A stretch of DNA of 58,498 nt, filler included, from Sphacelaria rigidula (GCA_964200075.2; 6 parts of 6 records of this genome joined end to end with filler, not necessarily neighbours in it), one strand, 5' to 3'; shown: positions 36,438-48,833, counted from the whole stretch's first letter. Notes: generated by a model from the sequence alone, not told the origin. Numbers and translations are program-made.

Positions 36438-36559
36438 GGTCGGTGCACCCGCAAGAATCGTGAACAGAGAATGCCGACACTCCAAAGAGTATCGCACGAA
36501 TCACGATATGAATATGAGTCGAATCACGATTTCATTTCGTTCGAACCGTGAAAGGTTTG

Positions 36560-36870
36560 GTCCTTCCACCCAAAACAAGTATTGTACGACTAGGCACGCG
36601 TGTGGTTCTGCGCGAGACCTCGTACGCCGAAGCCGCGTCGCAGAGACCGGCCATTTCTTTCTGTGCTTTTCGTTTCTTCCCCCTCCCTCCTTTTTTTTTT
36701 GACGTCTTAGTCTACTATGCGGTTTTGTTCTACTTGTTCTGTGCCTTCTTTTTTCTTCAGGGAATGTTTCATTTTTGTTTTTGTCGTGGGTACGTCCATC
36801 ATGTGACAACGGCTTGATCCCTGAGAGGCAGGCCAGTTAAAGCGCGACAATCAATCAGTCAAATCAATCA
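36560..36870 (-). repeat. Family R1 copy, inverted
   Basis: The reverse complement aligns with 35700-36075 and 120-250. Confidence 0.7.
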
Positions 36871-37009
36871 TGGGAAGCAGGATATGCATTTGGATACATG
36901 CGGTCGCCGCGCCACGGTGGTCCTACAAGTACATGTCAAAACCGCCGAGGGCGGGGTAAGGGGTTCGAATCCCGAGAGTCACGTCCTCTTGGGAGAGTTT
37001 CTGATATAT

Positions 37010-37135
37010 TACTCGTCGTTTTTGAGCATCCATATATGTTCCTAGCTGCTGTCACCTATACTATTTCTAGCTGCTTGACAAACGTCGCGTTCCCTACGCA
37101 TACTTCCCCTGCATATTCCAGTTTTGGTACAAACA
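37010..37135 (-). mobile_element. Internal LINE fragment
   Basis: Encodes VPKLEYAGEV...TAARNI..CSKTTSN, paralogous to 38025-38155. Confidence 0.75.
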
Positions 37136-37140
37136 TACTC

Positions 37141-38300
37141 GGCAGGGGGGAGGGGGAAGGGGGACGTACTCATTTGTTGCTTGCCTTAGTCGCTTGACCA
37201 TTGACCGCGCATCCCTTTCCAGACGGAGCACCGTTTCTACTAATGACAGAGACACCTCCAACATTTAGGTGTTTATTACATTTCTTCCACACACTGCACA
37301 ACACCGTTTGAATGCCTTATCCCCGTCCTGTTTCGCCGTATTTGGCTACTATCTATCCCCTACTACAGCCGTCGTTTTTTCGCCACTGTCTAGTGCATCA
37401 AGCGATTCCATGCCCCCTTCGTTCACGTCCCGCATTTCCCCCTTCAGCACGTCCCATTCCTCCTTGTACAGTTCACATTCTGTAACCATTATATATGCGT
37501 TCTGATCTCTATTGCTTCGCCACAGGGGCAATTCTTTGCATCTACTTCCTCCTTCTCTCGACAACTGGAATATCTCTTTCTTCTTCCTGGCAGGTCCAGG
37601 TCCCCCACCCGAAATCGCAGTTTCAAGGTTTCCGTCGGGTCCATGGGCCCATGCAGGTATGTTTTCATCCCGATCCCCCCTTTCAACCCCCGGTGGATCT
37701 TCAGGTGTTCTTCCTCGTCTACTTTGCGTCTGAGCGCTTATTTTTCCCTTTTCTCCATCATAGTCTCTTACTTTTGTCTTGTGCCCCGCGCCTTCACCTA
37801 TGGATACTAGTAATTCGTCTTGGTCTCCTCCGATCTCCTATACTTTCTCGACTTATCTATCCCACCTTATTTCAGCCTGCCCTTTCGTAATTTTCTTCCA
37901 TACAGCATTACCAACTGTAGCTGACAATCTACTTCTTTGCATGTTCTTTGGGCTATATTCCCACCACCTCAATTTTCTCATGTCTCTGTTTCAAGCGAGT
38001 ACATTCCTAATTCTGCTCTCAATGCTGTATTACTCGTCGTTTTCGAGCATCCAAGTATTTTCTCAGCTGCTGTCATCTGCACTGTTTCCGACTTATTCGC
38101 CAACTTCACGTTCCCCTTCCATACTTCTCCTGCATATTTCAGCTTTGGTACGATCACGTTCATCAGGATACATCTCTTACTCCTAGTATATAGGTGCGAG
38201 TCTCTGAGGATCAAGCCCATCCTGCCCATCTCTGCCTCACCCTTTCCTATTACTTTATATGCATGTCTGAATCCCAAGAATATGCTCGGCAGGGGAGGGG
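37141..38300 (-). mobile_element. 5'-truncated non-LTR retrotransposon (LINE; post-RT thumb, C-terminal Cys/His region and 3' end), copy C
   Basis: ILMNVIVPKLKYAGEVW...VQMTAAEKILGCSKTTSNTALRAELGMYSL and LKLRFRVGDLDL...CPCG...H..TEC..Y, frameshifted. Flanked on both sides by ctcggcagggg(g)agggg. Confidence 0.88.
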
Positions 38301-38688
38301 TCAAAAATATAACAGACAAACGCACCTTCCGATTTCGTCGGCGTCTCGTCGGAAGCCCTCCGTCTCTAAGGCAAACCTCCGTCGAAGGGCGGCATATTTG
38401 GATTTCCATTCTTTCAGCAGGCTCTCCAATTTTGCCGCCCTTTCTTCGTAAAGTTGCTCCGCCTCTGCCTGTTGCTCTGCCAGCATACACGCCTCCTCCT
38501 CCCGAAGCTGTTCTTTTTTCCCGGTGTGTGTGGGCATTTTTTGGGCCCGCAACCCATATTTTAGGGCGTGTACATACATTGGGAGACGAGATGACACAGA
38601 GTGGGGAGGAGAGACGGAGGCAAACAACGAGGCACAATGCAGAGACAGACAGATGAGCGACGGGAAAAGACTCAGACATACTGCTTAA

Positions 38689-38827
38689 CCCTTGGGGAAC
38701 TAGACCCCCAGGGAGTGCTGATTTTTGTTTTGGTGAATCGGCATCATTCTCAGTTATTTTCAAGTCAAAATGATGCAGATTCACAAAGATTCACAAAACA
38801 AGAATCAGCATTTGCGTTCCCAAAGGG
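38689..38827. mobile_element. piggyBac-type MITE (139 bp)
   Basis: TTAA at 38685-38688 and 38828-38831. TIRs cccttggggaac / gttcccaaaggg match at 11 of 12 bases. An internal inverted repeat is also present. Confidence 0.85.
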
Positions 38828-38967
38828 TTAAGAAGGGAAAAGTAGACAATTCAGTGAAATATTAAACATGAACCACCCGGGCCATCGTCGGCGCCCTTTT
38901 TTTTTCATATATATATATATATATATACTTCTTCTGTCCCATAAGTCTGTATCGTTATGTTTGTACG

Positions 38968-39067
38968 NNNNNNNNNNNNNNNNNNNNNNNNNNNNNNNNN
39001 NNNNNNNNNNNTTAATTAATTAANNNNNNNNNNNNNNNNNNNNNNNNNNNNNNNNNNNNNNNNNNNN
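38968..39067. other. Artificial contig spacer
   Basis: Same 100-bp pad. Confidence 0.98.
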
Positions 39068-39680
39068 GCAACAATCCTTGAACTAGCGAGGTGAATCTAT
39101 TTCCAGTAGTGGGTATTCCCCCTTCCGGCCTAGCGTTTCCGCAGTCCATGGGCCGCCCCATCTCCGTTCACATCATTCCGCCATTGCCGACGTAGCCACC
39201 TACGGAAGGTCGCGTCTTGTAGCATAACGCTCGGGCAAACCTTCTCATCTTCCACGACGCGAATGGGATCAGGCAATCAACCTTGGCGGGCACGCCAGCC
39301 TCTCTGTCAATAGAGGTTCGTAAATGAAGAAAGTTCTTCGTCTAAGCATACCGGTGTGCCGCTGTCCTGATGTCCCTGGCCTTGCAGCTCGTGCTGTCCG
39401 CACTAGAAGTGTTGGAATACGACATTACTTTATCAAATGGAGTCAGAAATAGATGATGACAAATTGTACCGAATGTTTCAGCGGTCAGGCTGGGAGCGTT
39501 ACAGTACTTACTCACCTCAGCCGACCGACCACATTTTTCCGAGATTCCAACCATCCGTACACATCCGGGCTAGCTCCTGCCTACGCAATCGACGTCCATC
39601 GTGCGATATAGCATCGTATAGTCTTGGATCGGAACGGCGATCAAGGGCAACACCAAGTAAGTGCACCTCGAACACCATAC
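39068..39680 (-). pseudogene. Possible Penelope-like RT relic
   Basis: Across frameshifts: YIARW...GWLE..NVVGRL; HLFLTPFDK/(S)NVVF; CLDEELSS/IYEP; LIPFASWKMRRFARAL; LLEID. The order resembles the Penelope-like RT N-terminus. Confidence 0.35.
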
Positions 39681-40130
39681 GGTACTACTGGTACCTTACC
39701 TACTACTACTGTAGGCCGGCTCAACCGAACGACCACGAACTGTCAAGTGTACGGATGAAGAACAAAAAAGATGAGTGTGACGGAGTATGGGCTTGCTGAG
39801 GCGCTTGGATACAAGATAATGCGAATGTGATTATCAGCCAGCAAGCTGTGGCTCCGTGTCTGACGTTTAGTTATCAACACCGCACGAGCGGCCGATGCTC
39901 AGGGATTCCCGCGTTTTCGTTCATCTTCGTCTACGTAAACTATCCTCGATCCAATGGTGGTCAGACCCGGTGCTTGCTGCACGGCAATAAGAGAACTGGA
40001 TTCAGCGTTATGGATGGTCATCACGCTGCTTTTAGCTGCTGCGTGACTAGTACTCTGCAGTCCCACGAGGCGCGCCTTAGTGTGGATGCATGTCGTTGTC
40101 TACTTTGCCGTATAAAATAATCAAAAACCT

Positions 40131-40750
40131 GTCGCCCCGGTGGCTCAGTTGGTAACCGCGAAACCTCCTGACGGTTGCATCGTGGATTCGAATCTCGGTG
40201 AAGTCACACGATCTGAGATTTTTCTCACACCATGCCCAATAGTGGAGAGCAACTGTGTCGTGGGTACACAGAATTCGACCTGAAGGTCGACGAGGACAAC
40301 GGCAGCTGAATCCTTCTCGTGAAAGAAAATAGGGTGGGTACCGCGGAAGGAACGTAGAGTACTAACACAGAATCAAAGAGAGAGAGCTGCTGTGTCGGCC
40401 TTCCTCCTGTGTGACCCCGGCTGATGCGGCCACATATACCGAAAGATGTAGACTGCCGTTCAGAATAGATGGGATGACAACATATACAGGCTCCTTGGTG
40501 ATCTGATGGTACAACTGATACCATTCGGTGGGGAAAGGGTGGCATCGCATCTTCCAGATTTTTGCGAGTTCCATCGATTACAGTGCAAGGAAGTGCGTAC
40601 CTATAATAGTCTGGTTGGCAAGAGTCTATGCGCGGGAGTGCTGATCCGATCCGCGATACCAAAATGTAAGGCGTGTATCGAGAGAAGGATGTGTTGATAT
40701 CTCGAGACCATAGACTCTTCCCGCGGGAGGAGAGGGTTAAAGGCACGAAG
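40131..40750 (+). mobile_element. tRNA-derived SINE-like element
   Basis: A box tggctcagttgg at 40141 and B-box-like ggattcgaatctc at ~40184. The body is repeated at 47590-47870 (-) and 57915-58010 (+). Confidence 0.7.
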
Positions 40751-41720
40751 AAATAAGGAAACCGTTCGCACTCGTCTTCCTTTCTGTTTACCTCATTTTT
40801 TTGCTTCCTCGAGTTTCGTTTAGCGCGTGTTTCCGTTTGCATGAACCGCGTGAGAACGTCTATATCTTGTGATTACGACTGGATTCGCAGCGGATCACTC
40901 AACGTGCTACAACTAAGTAGTCAATCGAACAGGCCGCCCAGTACCCCACCGTTACCACAGGCTGGTTCACGCTCATCGCCTAAAATTGTGTCATCAGCAC
41001 ATGCCTTTTGCAAGACCGACCCAAGAGTCACATGCACGGTATCATACTGACTACCATGGACAGCTAAAGAGGGTGACATAGCCAGATTTTTGTTCAAGGC
41101 CACAAGGGTAGCGCTATACGTGGAAAGGTACCCCGACCAACCAGCGCCCTTTAAATTGTTCTGAATTCAAACACGGATTCTCAACCCAATTTGTACCCAA
41201 TACTCGCATGCTTCGAGTCGTAGTAGGGGTCATCAGCTCGGAAATCTAGGGAAGAAAACATGGTCTAAAACGGTCACTATAGGATCGGACTGTATCCCAA
41301 ACCGTGGTCTTTAGGTGATGTGGGGTTGTGACATCGCCGGATTTCCACTGATGATGCGCACTATTACGAATATGACTCGGAGAACCTCCCGACGATTTTC
41401 CTCATATTTGCCGTCGAAAAGCTGCGACCACCCTCAAAATAGGCATTTCAGTCATCACTGATCCTCGAAATGAAAAAACGTTTTGATGAAAAATATTGCA
41501 AAGCTTCTCTGCCCTTCATCAGCTTCCGGGGGTCTTTACGCTGGGATGCCCGGAACCCGGTATAGAATGCCTGAAAATTAATGAACGGAATAAGAAGTTG
41601 CGTCCTGGGGTGCTCCAACGCACACTTGTACAATTTTTCGTGGTCAATTTCGACACTGTGATGATGGATTATTCGCTTTTACGTCAAATATAATTCAAAC
41701 ACGTCAGTTCTATGATATAC

Positions 41721-42158
41721 ACGGGATCTTACAAATTGGGGATGGATCTTTTGTTGGGGATGAAAAACCCGGAGAATTAAAATCTTCTCATACACACCAA
41801 ATCTTCGAAATATGGTTCCATCTCTTCAACTAGTAATAGCTACTGACAACTGCTACACTCCATATAAACTTGGATTTTCATCACCGAAATGTTGGGGTCC
41901 TAGGTGAAAAACCAATTTTGGGGAATTTCGGGTGTCCGAACGGACGCCAGAATGGTTCCGAAATCAGTTATTCACCTCGGACTCCAGCATTTTGTTTATC
42001 GAGATTCAAATTTCTATGACGTGTAGCAGTTGTCAATGGCTATCAGTAGGTGAAGAAATGGAACCATATTTCGAAGATTTGGTGTGTATACAAAGATTTT
42101 AATTCTCCGGGTTTCTCATCCCCAATAAAAGATCCATCCCCAATTTGTAAAATCCCGT
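41721..42158. mobile_element. Long-TIR MITE / foldback element
   Basis: ~160-bp imperfect TIRs acgggatcttacaaattggggatggatctttt... / ...aaaagatccatccccaatttgtaaaatcccgt. A second copy lies at 51853-52285. Confidence 0.9.
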
Positions 42159-43267
42159 CTTGATACAATCAAGCAAAGTAGTCAGGACGTTTCCTCGGGC
42201 ACGGAGAACGTATCGCGCAGAGGTGCAAAACCTCACGCCGCTTTCAGGATTCAGGTCGTGAAATTTTGCACATGCGTACTATGGGTCCTCACAAAATTTC
42301 CGATGAAAGAGTTGGTTGTTACTTTTGAATTCATTTTCACAGGTTTACGAGGATTTCGTGGGGCGCAGATTCCCCGAGAACCTTGGGTCCTCAGAAAACT
42401 GGTGAAAAAATCGAGAAATAAAAAATCTCGTCCATCGATTTTTGTGATGACCCATACAGGTTGGTTCAGGGTGAATGACCACAATGTATTCTCCATTAGA
42501 TACAGAACGCAAGAATGACCTGATATAAACATGTTTGGTGTCACGCGAGCGAGCAAACGGAATGGCATGGCCAATTTTTTTCGTGCGTCCTTTGCCGTTG
42601 CGCTGGAAGTGAAAATATTATCCTCGGCCAATCAGGTGCCTTCAAGTTGTTCTTAAACTGAATGTGCGATTCTCCGACTTAATGTTTACCCGACATCACC
42701 ATAAATCAAACCTCAGTAACCGCCATAAGTCACGGAATTTAACGCAAAGAACAGATTCGAAAACGGGTTTTGTGATATGTCCGTGATATGGGGTTTTGAC
42801 ATCATCGGACTGCCACCGATGACATGCATCGAAGATCCAGAAAGCCTCTTGACGTTGCCATTGTAAATTTATACGTAAAAAAACTCCGATCATCCTCAAG
42901 GTTGGTAGTTCCGTAAATATGGTTGCTACAAATAAAAAAATAACCGTTGAAGAGTATTCCAGACCTTATCCGCTCTCTACCGGCTTCCGGTAATCCTACC
43001 GTGAAGACTCCCGTAATCCTACCGTGAAGACTCCCAGAAGCCGGTAGAGATTTGCTTCGAAACAAAACTTAAAATTTGACTTGTGCCGAGGTAGTCCAAG
43101 GAACGTTTGTTCATGGTTTCGTTGCGGAACTCGAAAAGCTGACACCAAACGGTCGATTGACGCTCAAGCGCACGAAGAACTCGTCGATAGCATGCTATAC
43201 TCTGGTAATTAGGTGGATTCTTGACGTACAGTTGTATACTTGCAACGCACATGATGGTGATCCTTGA

Positions 43268-43511
43268 CGCCGTGATTTCGAGTTACCTGAAATCTTTGCA
43301 CACGGGTGCTCTGAGTTATCAAGAATGGCTGTATGGATACAGTTCTTTCACCTTTTTTCGCCCAATGTCCGGGGTCTCAGAAGGCGGTGTCTGACGGTAG
43401 GACCTCCGGTATCTGGCGAAAAATACTCGAAATAACTCATTCATACAACCCTTTTTAATATCTCAGAGCACCCGTGTGGAAAATTTCAGGGTCTAACTCA
43501 ACAATATGGCG
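43268..43511. repeat. Imperfect inverted repeat (MITE-like)
   Basis: cctgaaatctttgcacacgggtgctctgag pairs with ctcagagcacccgtgtggaaaatttcagg. The motif aaaa(t/c)ttcaggg(t/c)ctaact recurs at ~43480, ~43568 and ~43664. Confidence 0.7.
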
Positions 43512-46500
43512 TGCTGGATTGCTGGGAAGTAACTTTCGGTCATTCCTTCTGAACCAACCTGTCGTACAAAACTTCAGGGTCTAACTCGTAAAAATGGCGT
43601 GAAAGATCGCTGAGGCGTACATTCCGGTCGTTTACCCTGAACACGCCTGTAGTGAATTTGTGCAAAATTTCAGGGCCTAACTTGTGAGACCGGCGTGAAG
43701 TCTCGCGGATGGACGTTTTTAGGGTGACGAGCGTGAACCAATCTGTGTTGTTGTCACTGCTCACCATGTTAGGCTTCCCTCTGGGTCTGTTTTTCGGTTT
43801 CGTAAACGTTTGCACGTACACCGCCGAGATCTGTTGCTCTCGATGGATGCTGCTGGTTCACCCACCTCATCTAACTATTTAAAATTACACAAATTTCTAC
43901 TCCTCACAAAAGCACCTTCGAATAAGTCGATCGATTTCCCTCACAGCCTGATGGGGCGATGTCGTGGGTCGAGTGCCCTCCACCGCGTAGACTCTGGTAA
44001 GAGGCAAGGCAACCACTGTTTCTTCTGCAATGCGTATAATAATTGTCTGCAGCAGACCGTACGTTTCTCTCCCGCGATGCGTACAAAAGTCGTCTGCAGC
44101 GGGCTGTGCATTTCCCCTCATTCACAATGTCTTCCTTACGATCCGGATGCAGCAGAAGGCATCAAGTCTGTTACTAAATCACTGCCTGCACTGATGAATA
44201 CGTCAGGTGTATACTTCAGCCCTTGATATTTCATGGTGCCGAAGAATATGCGTCGGAATCCGTTCTTTTCACACGGCCTGAAGAACTGTTGATTGTACCG
44301 CCTTTTGGGAAGCTTTCCCTCCTCTTTATTTATTTCCACCATGCGGTGTTCACAGAGCTCAACAACACACCTTGGGAAGAACTGCTCACGTTTCCTCGCC
44401 GCACCGCCGGTCTGATAAGTTTGGGGCACATCGCCCCTCCCCATCCCGAAATTAACGACGGATGAGCAGGGCGTTGAACTGATAACGAACAAAAATCGAA
44501 TGAAGGAATGTGTCAAAGTGGATATGGTCCCGTGTACTGTCGGCCCTGCGTACACAAATAATAATATATATCTAATACGGTTGGGTGTAACTTTTCTTCT
44601 GCCTTTATTCCTCTCTCCATACGGTGGCACAAAAGTACATCGGCCAGTTCATACGCTATTATACACCTTCACTGTACTTATCTAAAGCCATAAATTTTGA
44701 GACGACGGAAGAATTTTGCCGGTTCCTGACTGACCGCATACGTGTTCATCACTGAATAATCACATGCGCTCACCATCGCGGGGTCTTTAGGAGGAATGTT
44801 GAAGGCGAAGTATGCGACAAGGGGAGTGATTCTCATTCGTCGCTGCCTCAGTCCTTTTTACCATTGACCACGCATTCCGTTCGAGACGAAGTATGCGAGG
44901 GAGGGGTACTGTAGTCCATTCTGTCTATTTCGCTGTCCTGTTCTTACACCCCGATAAGTTCACTCGAGGCATGACTGGGTGAGTGTATCATTGGTTACAC
45001 CATCAATTCACAGGTGAGTTGTTCAAAGAGTCGGTGTGAGCCTGAATGCTCAAGATTGTCGGCGTTTTCCATCCACACTACACAAGTAGACGCCAGTGCG
45101 TGCCACCGCTGCACGCATTGCACCGATGTAGGACACATAATTCAAATTAGGCCAGGCTTACACGCTCGGCCCTGTAACGCGGTGGCGAGCGAGTGCTTTC
45201 AAGAGACAGCGTGGCGCTATCATGTTCACCATCCTATAACTCCTCTTGTACTATGCTCCCAATGGTACGGCTCCAGGTGCACAGCCATCCAATTTTGCAT
45301 GTCCCAGGTTCATCCTGAGTGCTCGTGCGGCCTTATCCTCTACCATATCGATCTAACCATGATGTCTACAACAAGAACTCAACAAATTACCCCCATAAAC
45401 CGTCACCCCGATGAGATAGGCGGTCTACCGCGCTTCAATCTTGCCTCTCTTCGGTATATGCCATGCGCATCGCCCCCAATGATGTCACGAAGTCGTTCTG
45501 CGTTCACGTAGAGGATCATCAACGCATTTTGTGTCAACTATATCACGAGTCACTAACTGAGAGCTGTCAACCAAGCTGTTGATTCTCGCTCAAGGCAGTT
45601 GATCACATTTCCATTTTCCTCGCTTGAGACATTTCGCCGTGATTTTGAGCATAGAGCCAAATGCGGTATGTCGCCGTCACAAGGTCAGGCAAAAAATGTC
45701 AAGATTCACGTCGGTTATCTCGTATTTTACTCTTAGATGGGGTACCATGCTCAACACCAACGATATACACATGGTTGCATTGTACACCGTGCCATTGCGA
45801 GGGTTTCGTCACCGTGTTTACACACAGTGCTAGCGCCAGTCGTCCTTTTTTCGCGGCCTACCTAGGATACGACTCTTGCAATACATAGGTCACTACAACG
45901 TTGAAGACTGATCTAACCATCGGCATGTCTCAACTTGGACTCACCATAACTTACCGAAAACCCACCCCTATCCATGTCACTTTCGACTGGAAATACCCCT
46001 GATCACCCCGCAGGTCGTGGCAATGGGTCCTTGGCCGGAACTATCAACTAATCATAACTAACATCACGTGCATTTCCAATGCCGGCGGCACCGGCACCCT
46101 CGAAGGCACTGGGTCCGGGCGCGCCCTAGTTTGTAAAACCCGTGGAGAAGCGTCCTTTGAGTTGAAGCTGATACCCTGATTCCTCCCCTTTGCTTCCGCT
46201 CTTCCGTGCTTTTGTCGCAAATCGTAGCTCGAAGTTTGACCCCCATTATACTCGGTATTCATACGGAGGTCGGAACTGCCAATGCTTGCTTCAAACTCTG
46301 GCACCCCCCAACAAAGTGAAATTGGTCCAAAATGACGGGTGTATGAATATCTAGACTTTGATATGGAACCCAGAAAATGGAATATGCGTGGTTCCACGTT
46401 CTGTCGCATATGCACGCAGCATCAAATAATACAGTATATTTCGAACCTTACTAAGGAACCCGGTGAGGACGTTTTTTGGTATAGCTTCGAGTGGAGGCGC

Positions 46501-46941
46501 ACGAGCTCTTTTTTAGGCTCTTTACTTTGAGAGCCCCTCAATGAGAAATATCTGGGCCAAAGTTTGCAACCTCAGACAGCCTTGTTTCGACCTCGAAAGC
46601 GCACTCCTACCGTGGCACCACTGCTTCGTCGTGAGACCAGCTTGTATGTGCAAATGTAGGAGGCGGGTTAAGATTCCACAGGCCGACAACCACGCGGTGA
46701 CGCTAATGATAATGTGTTGTGGTGAGGTATTATCGTGTGGCACGAGATTTTGCGCAAGCGAATGCGGCGAGTGCAGGGAACACCCGAGAGCAATCCTATG
46801 ACTGAGGGAAATTTCATTGGGCGAAAAGCGGCAGTTCATTTGGAGCAATGCCACGGTAGGGGTGCACTTTTCTCCGGCCTCCTAACGATACTAGATTGCA
46901 CAAGAATACAGGTCAGGGCATCCCCGTTTGCAAATTCATTC

Positions 46942-47080
46942 GGGATATCTCTTGCACGTTGAAATAGTAATTCTGGCGTACTCTCACATATTTCGTAAGT
47001 GGTGATCTGGATGAGATACAGAGCTCTTAACAATTCTAACCTCAGAAAATATTTGTGCACCCCTACCGTAGCATCACTCT
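46942..47080 (+). repeat. Dispersed repeat, family R3
   Basis: Aligns with 9769-9909. Confidence 0.8.
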
Positions 47081-47589
47081 CCGTGCGTTATATAGCCCCG
47101 TAAAATCATTATGGGTCGGCACGTGGACGGAAACACTGTGAAGCAATACGAATAAGTGTGGCATGCTGATACGAAGCAGTGTCCGATTTTTCCCACCTGA
47201 GTCGACACTTCATGTAGACTCCCTCGTGCAAAAAGTGGCCCGTAGCACCGCCCCGCCCTGTCAGCCCTGGGCACGCCGCAGACCAAGAAAGTTCGCCCCC
47301 GACAATTCATGGTGTCGTGGATCACTTGATATTTTGCGCCTATACGGGCGCACGGCGTGCATAGGTAGGCCTTGAAGTTGCCCTAGCAGAAGTAGAACTG
47401 ACTGAACATGCCCAAATCTTCCCTCAATAGGCGTGCAATTGCCTGAAAATACTTAACCACGACTCATAGTTGGCTTGAATGCGTGTTTTGAGCCACAAAG
47501 GCATGGTAAAAGAACTTGAAACGTCTTCGACGTTAGCAACTCTGTGCTGATGCCGCGATCACTTTTTTTTTTTTAATTATTTTCACATT

Positions 47590-47870
47590 TGTAACCCTTT
47601 CCATTCCTCGCGACGAGTCCGTGGTCTCAAGAGATCGACCCCCTTCTCCCCCGAAACATCCTTGTATTTTGGTCTCGCGGATCAGATCAGCGCTCCTGCA
47701 CCGCGTTGACTCTCGTCGACAAACTCAGTCAAAGTCTTCTTGCTACTCACCTTCTCATGCTTTCAAGGACGGACGCCAGCTACCCCATGAAGAAGCAACC
47801 AACACGCATCTGGGGGGTATTGAACCCCCGTTCTCTCCACCCTAATGACGTCAGCTGCACCACTACACCA
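47590..47870 (-). mobile_element. SINE body copy (3' part)
   Basis: gtggtctcaagagatc...attttggtctcgcggatcagatcagcgctcc aligns with the reverse complement of 40500-40740. Confidence 0.7.
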
Positions 47871-48539
47871 CCTGGGTTCTGTACGGGTATAGTAATTGGA
47901 GATAACTCAGCGACATCGGCTACCTTTTGCCGATACCTACCGGTGGAATATATGAATATATGCGTATGTGCGTGTGAACAATGCAAAAGTACGATGTATC
48001 AATTGCTGGTTTTTGGTCCAAGCAAAAGGTCTTATCAACTGCAGGGTTGAATGCACAGAGTCCCGGTCTCCCCTGAGAGGTCGCTCACAACGAGGGAAAA
48101 CCACATCAATACACATAGACGGAAAGTTAATTTTTTCTCCACCCAGGGATTGCCTAACGGAGGGCAGCTGGAAACCTACTAGTGTTTGCGCCTTGAATGT
48201 GAATGAAGGGGGGGTATCGGCTCAGAAAATACTCTGGTGGTGTGAGGTCGAAATCGCCAAAAACTCAACGGTGTATGTTCACCGCTTTTAGATTGTGCCT
48301 TTTTACGTGAATTCCCATCGTCAGCATAATACTCTGGCTTGGTGTGATATTAAATGATTCGGGTTCAGTGTGGTATCAAAATATTACTTGATTCAAGTGT
48401 GGCCATTACCTCCTCTTGTCATTAGTATAGTGAACTTCCCTGAACGTTTTGTATAATAATGGTGGCCACCGCCGCAGACACAGGAAGGCGATAGGACACG
48501 TCAAAGTTTTTTTGTTACGTATGGGGAAAACGTGCAGAG

Positions 48540-48733
48540 CGCTCAATGTTGGCGGTGTCTTTGCTGGGAGTAGGAACGGTGCTCGGTCTCCGAAGGGAAG
48601 CGTGGTCAATGGCAAGATGACTAAGGCAAGAAGTAAACGAGTACACCCCTCTCCCCCCCCCGTAATGAGCGCCAGAATGTTGGAGGTGTCTCTATTAGGA
48701 GTAGGAACGGTGCTCGGTCTCCGAAGGGACGCG
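48540..48733 (+). mobile_element. Two head-to-tail LINE 3' ends (copies D and E)
   Basis: aatgttgg.ggtgtct...gtaggaacggtgctcggtctccgaaggga occurs twice, joined by gagtacacccctctcccccccc. The second copy is cut by the contig end. Confidence 0.88.
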
Positions 48734-48833
48734 NNNNNNNNNNNNNNNNNNNNNNNNNNNNNNNNNNNNNNNNNNNNTTAATTAATTAANNNNNNNNNNN
48801 NNNNNNNNNNNNNNNNNNNNNNNNNNNNNNNNN
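48734..48833. other. Artificial contig spacer
   Basis: Same 100-bp pad. Confidence 0.98.

Noticed and set aside
37978..38784. 268-aa ORF as a real gene
   Set aside because: It is a chance read-through from a MITE across unique DNA into the truncated LINE. Only the last ~90 aa are LINE protein.
40131..40210. Functional tRNA gene
   Set aside because: A and B boxes are present, but there is no convincing acceptor or anticodon stem and it is attached to a dispersed repeat body.
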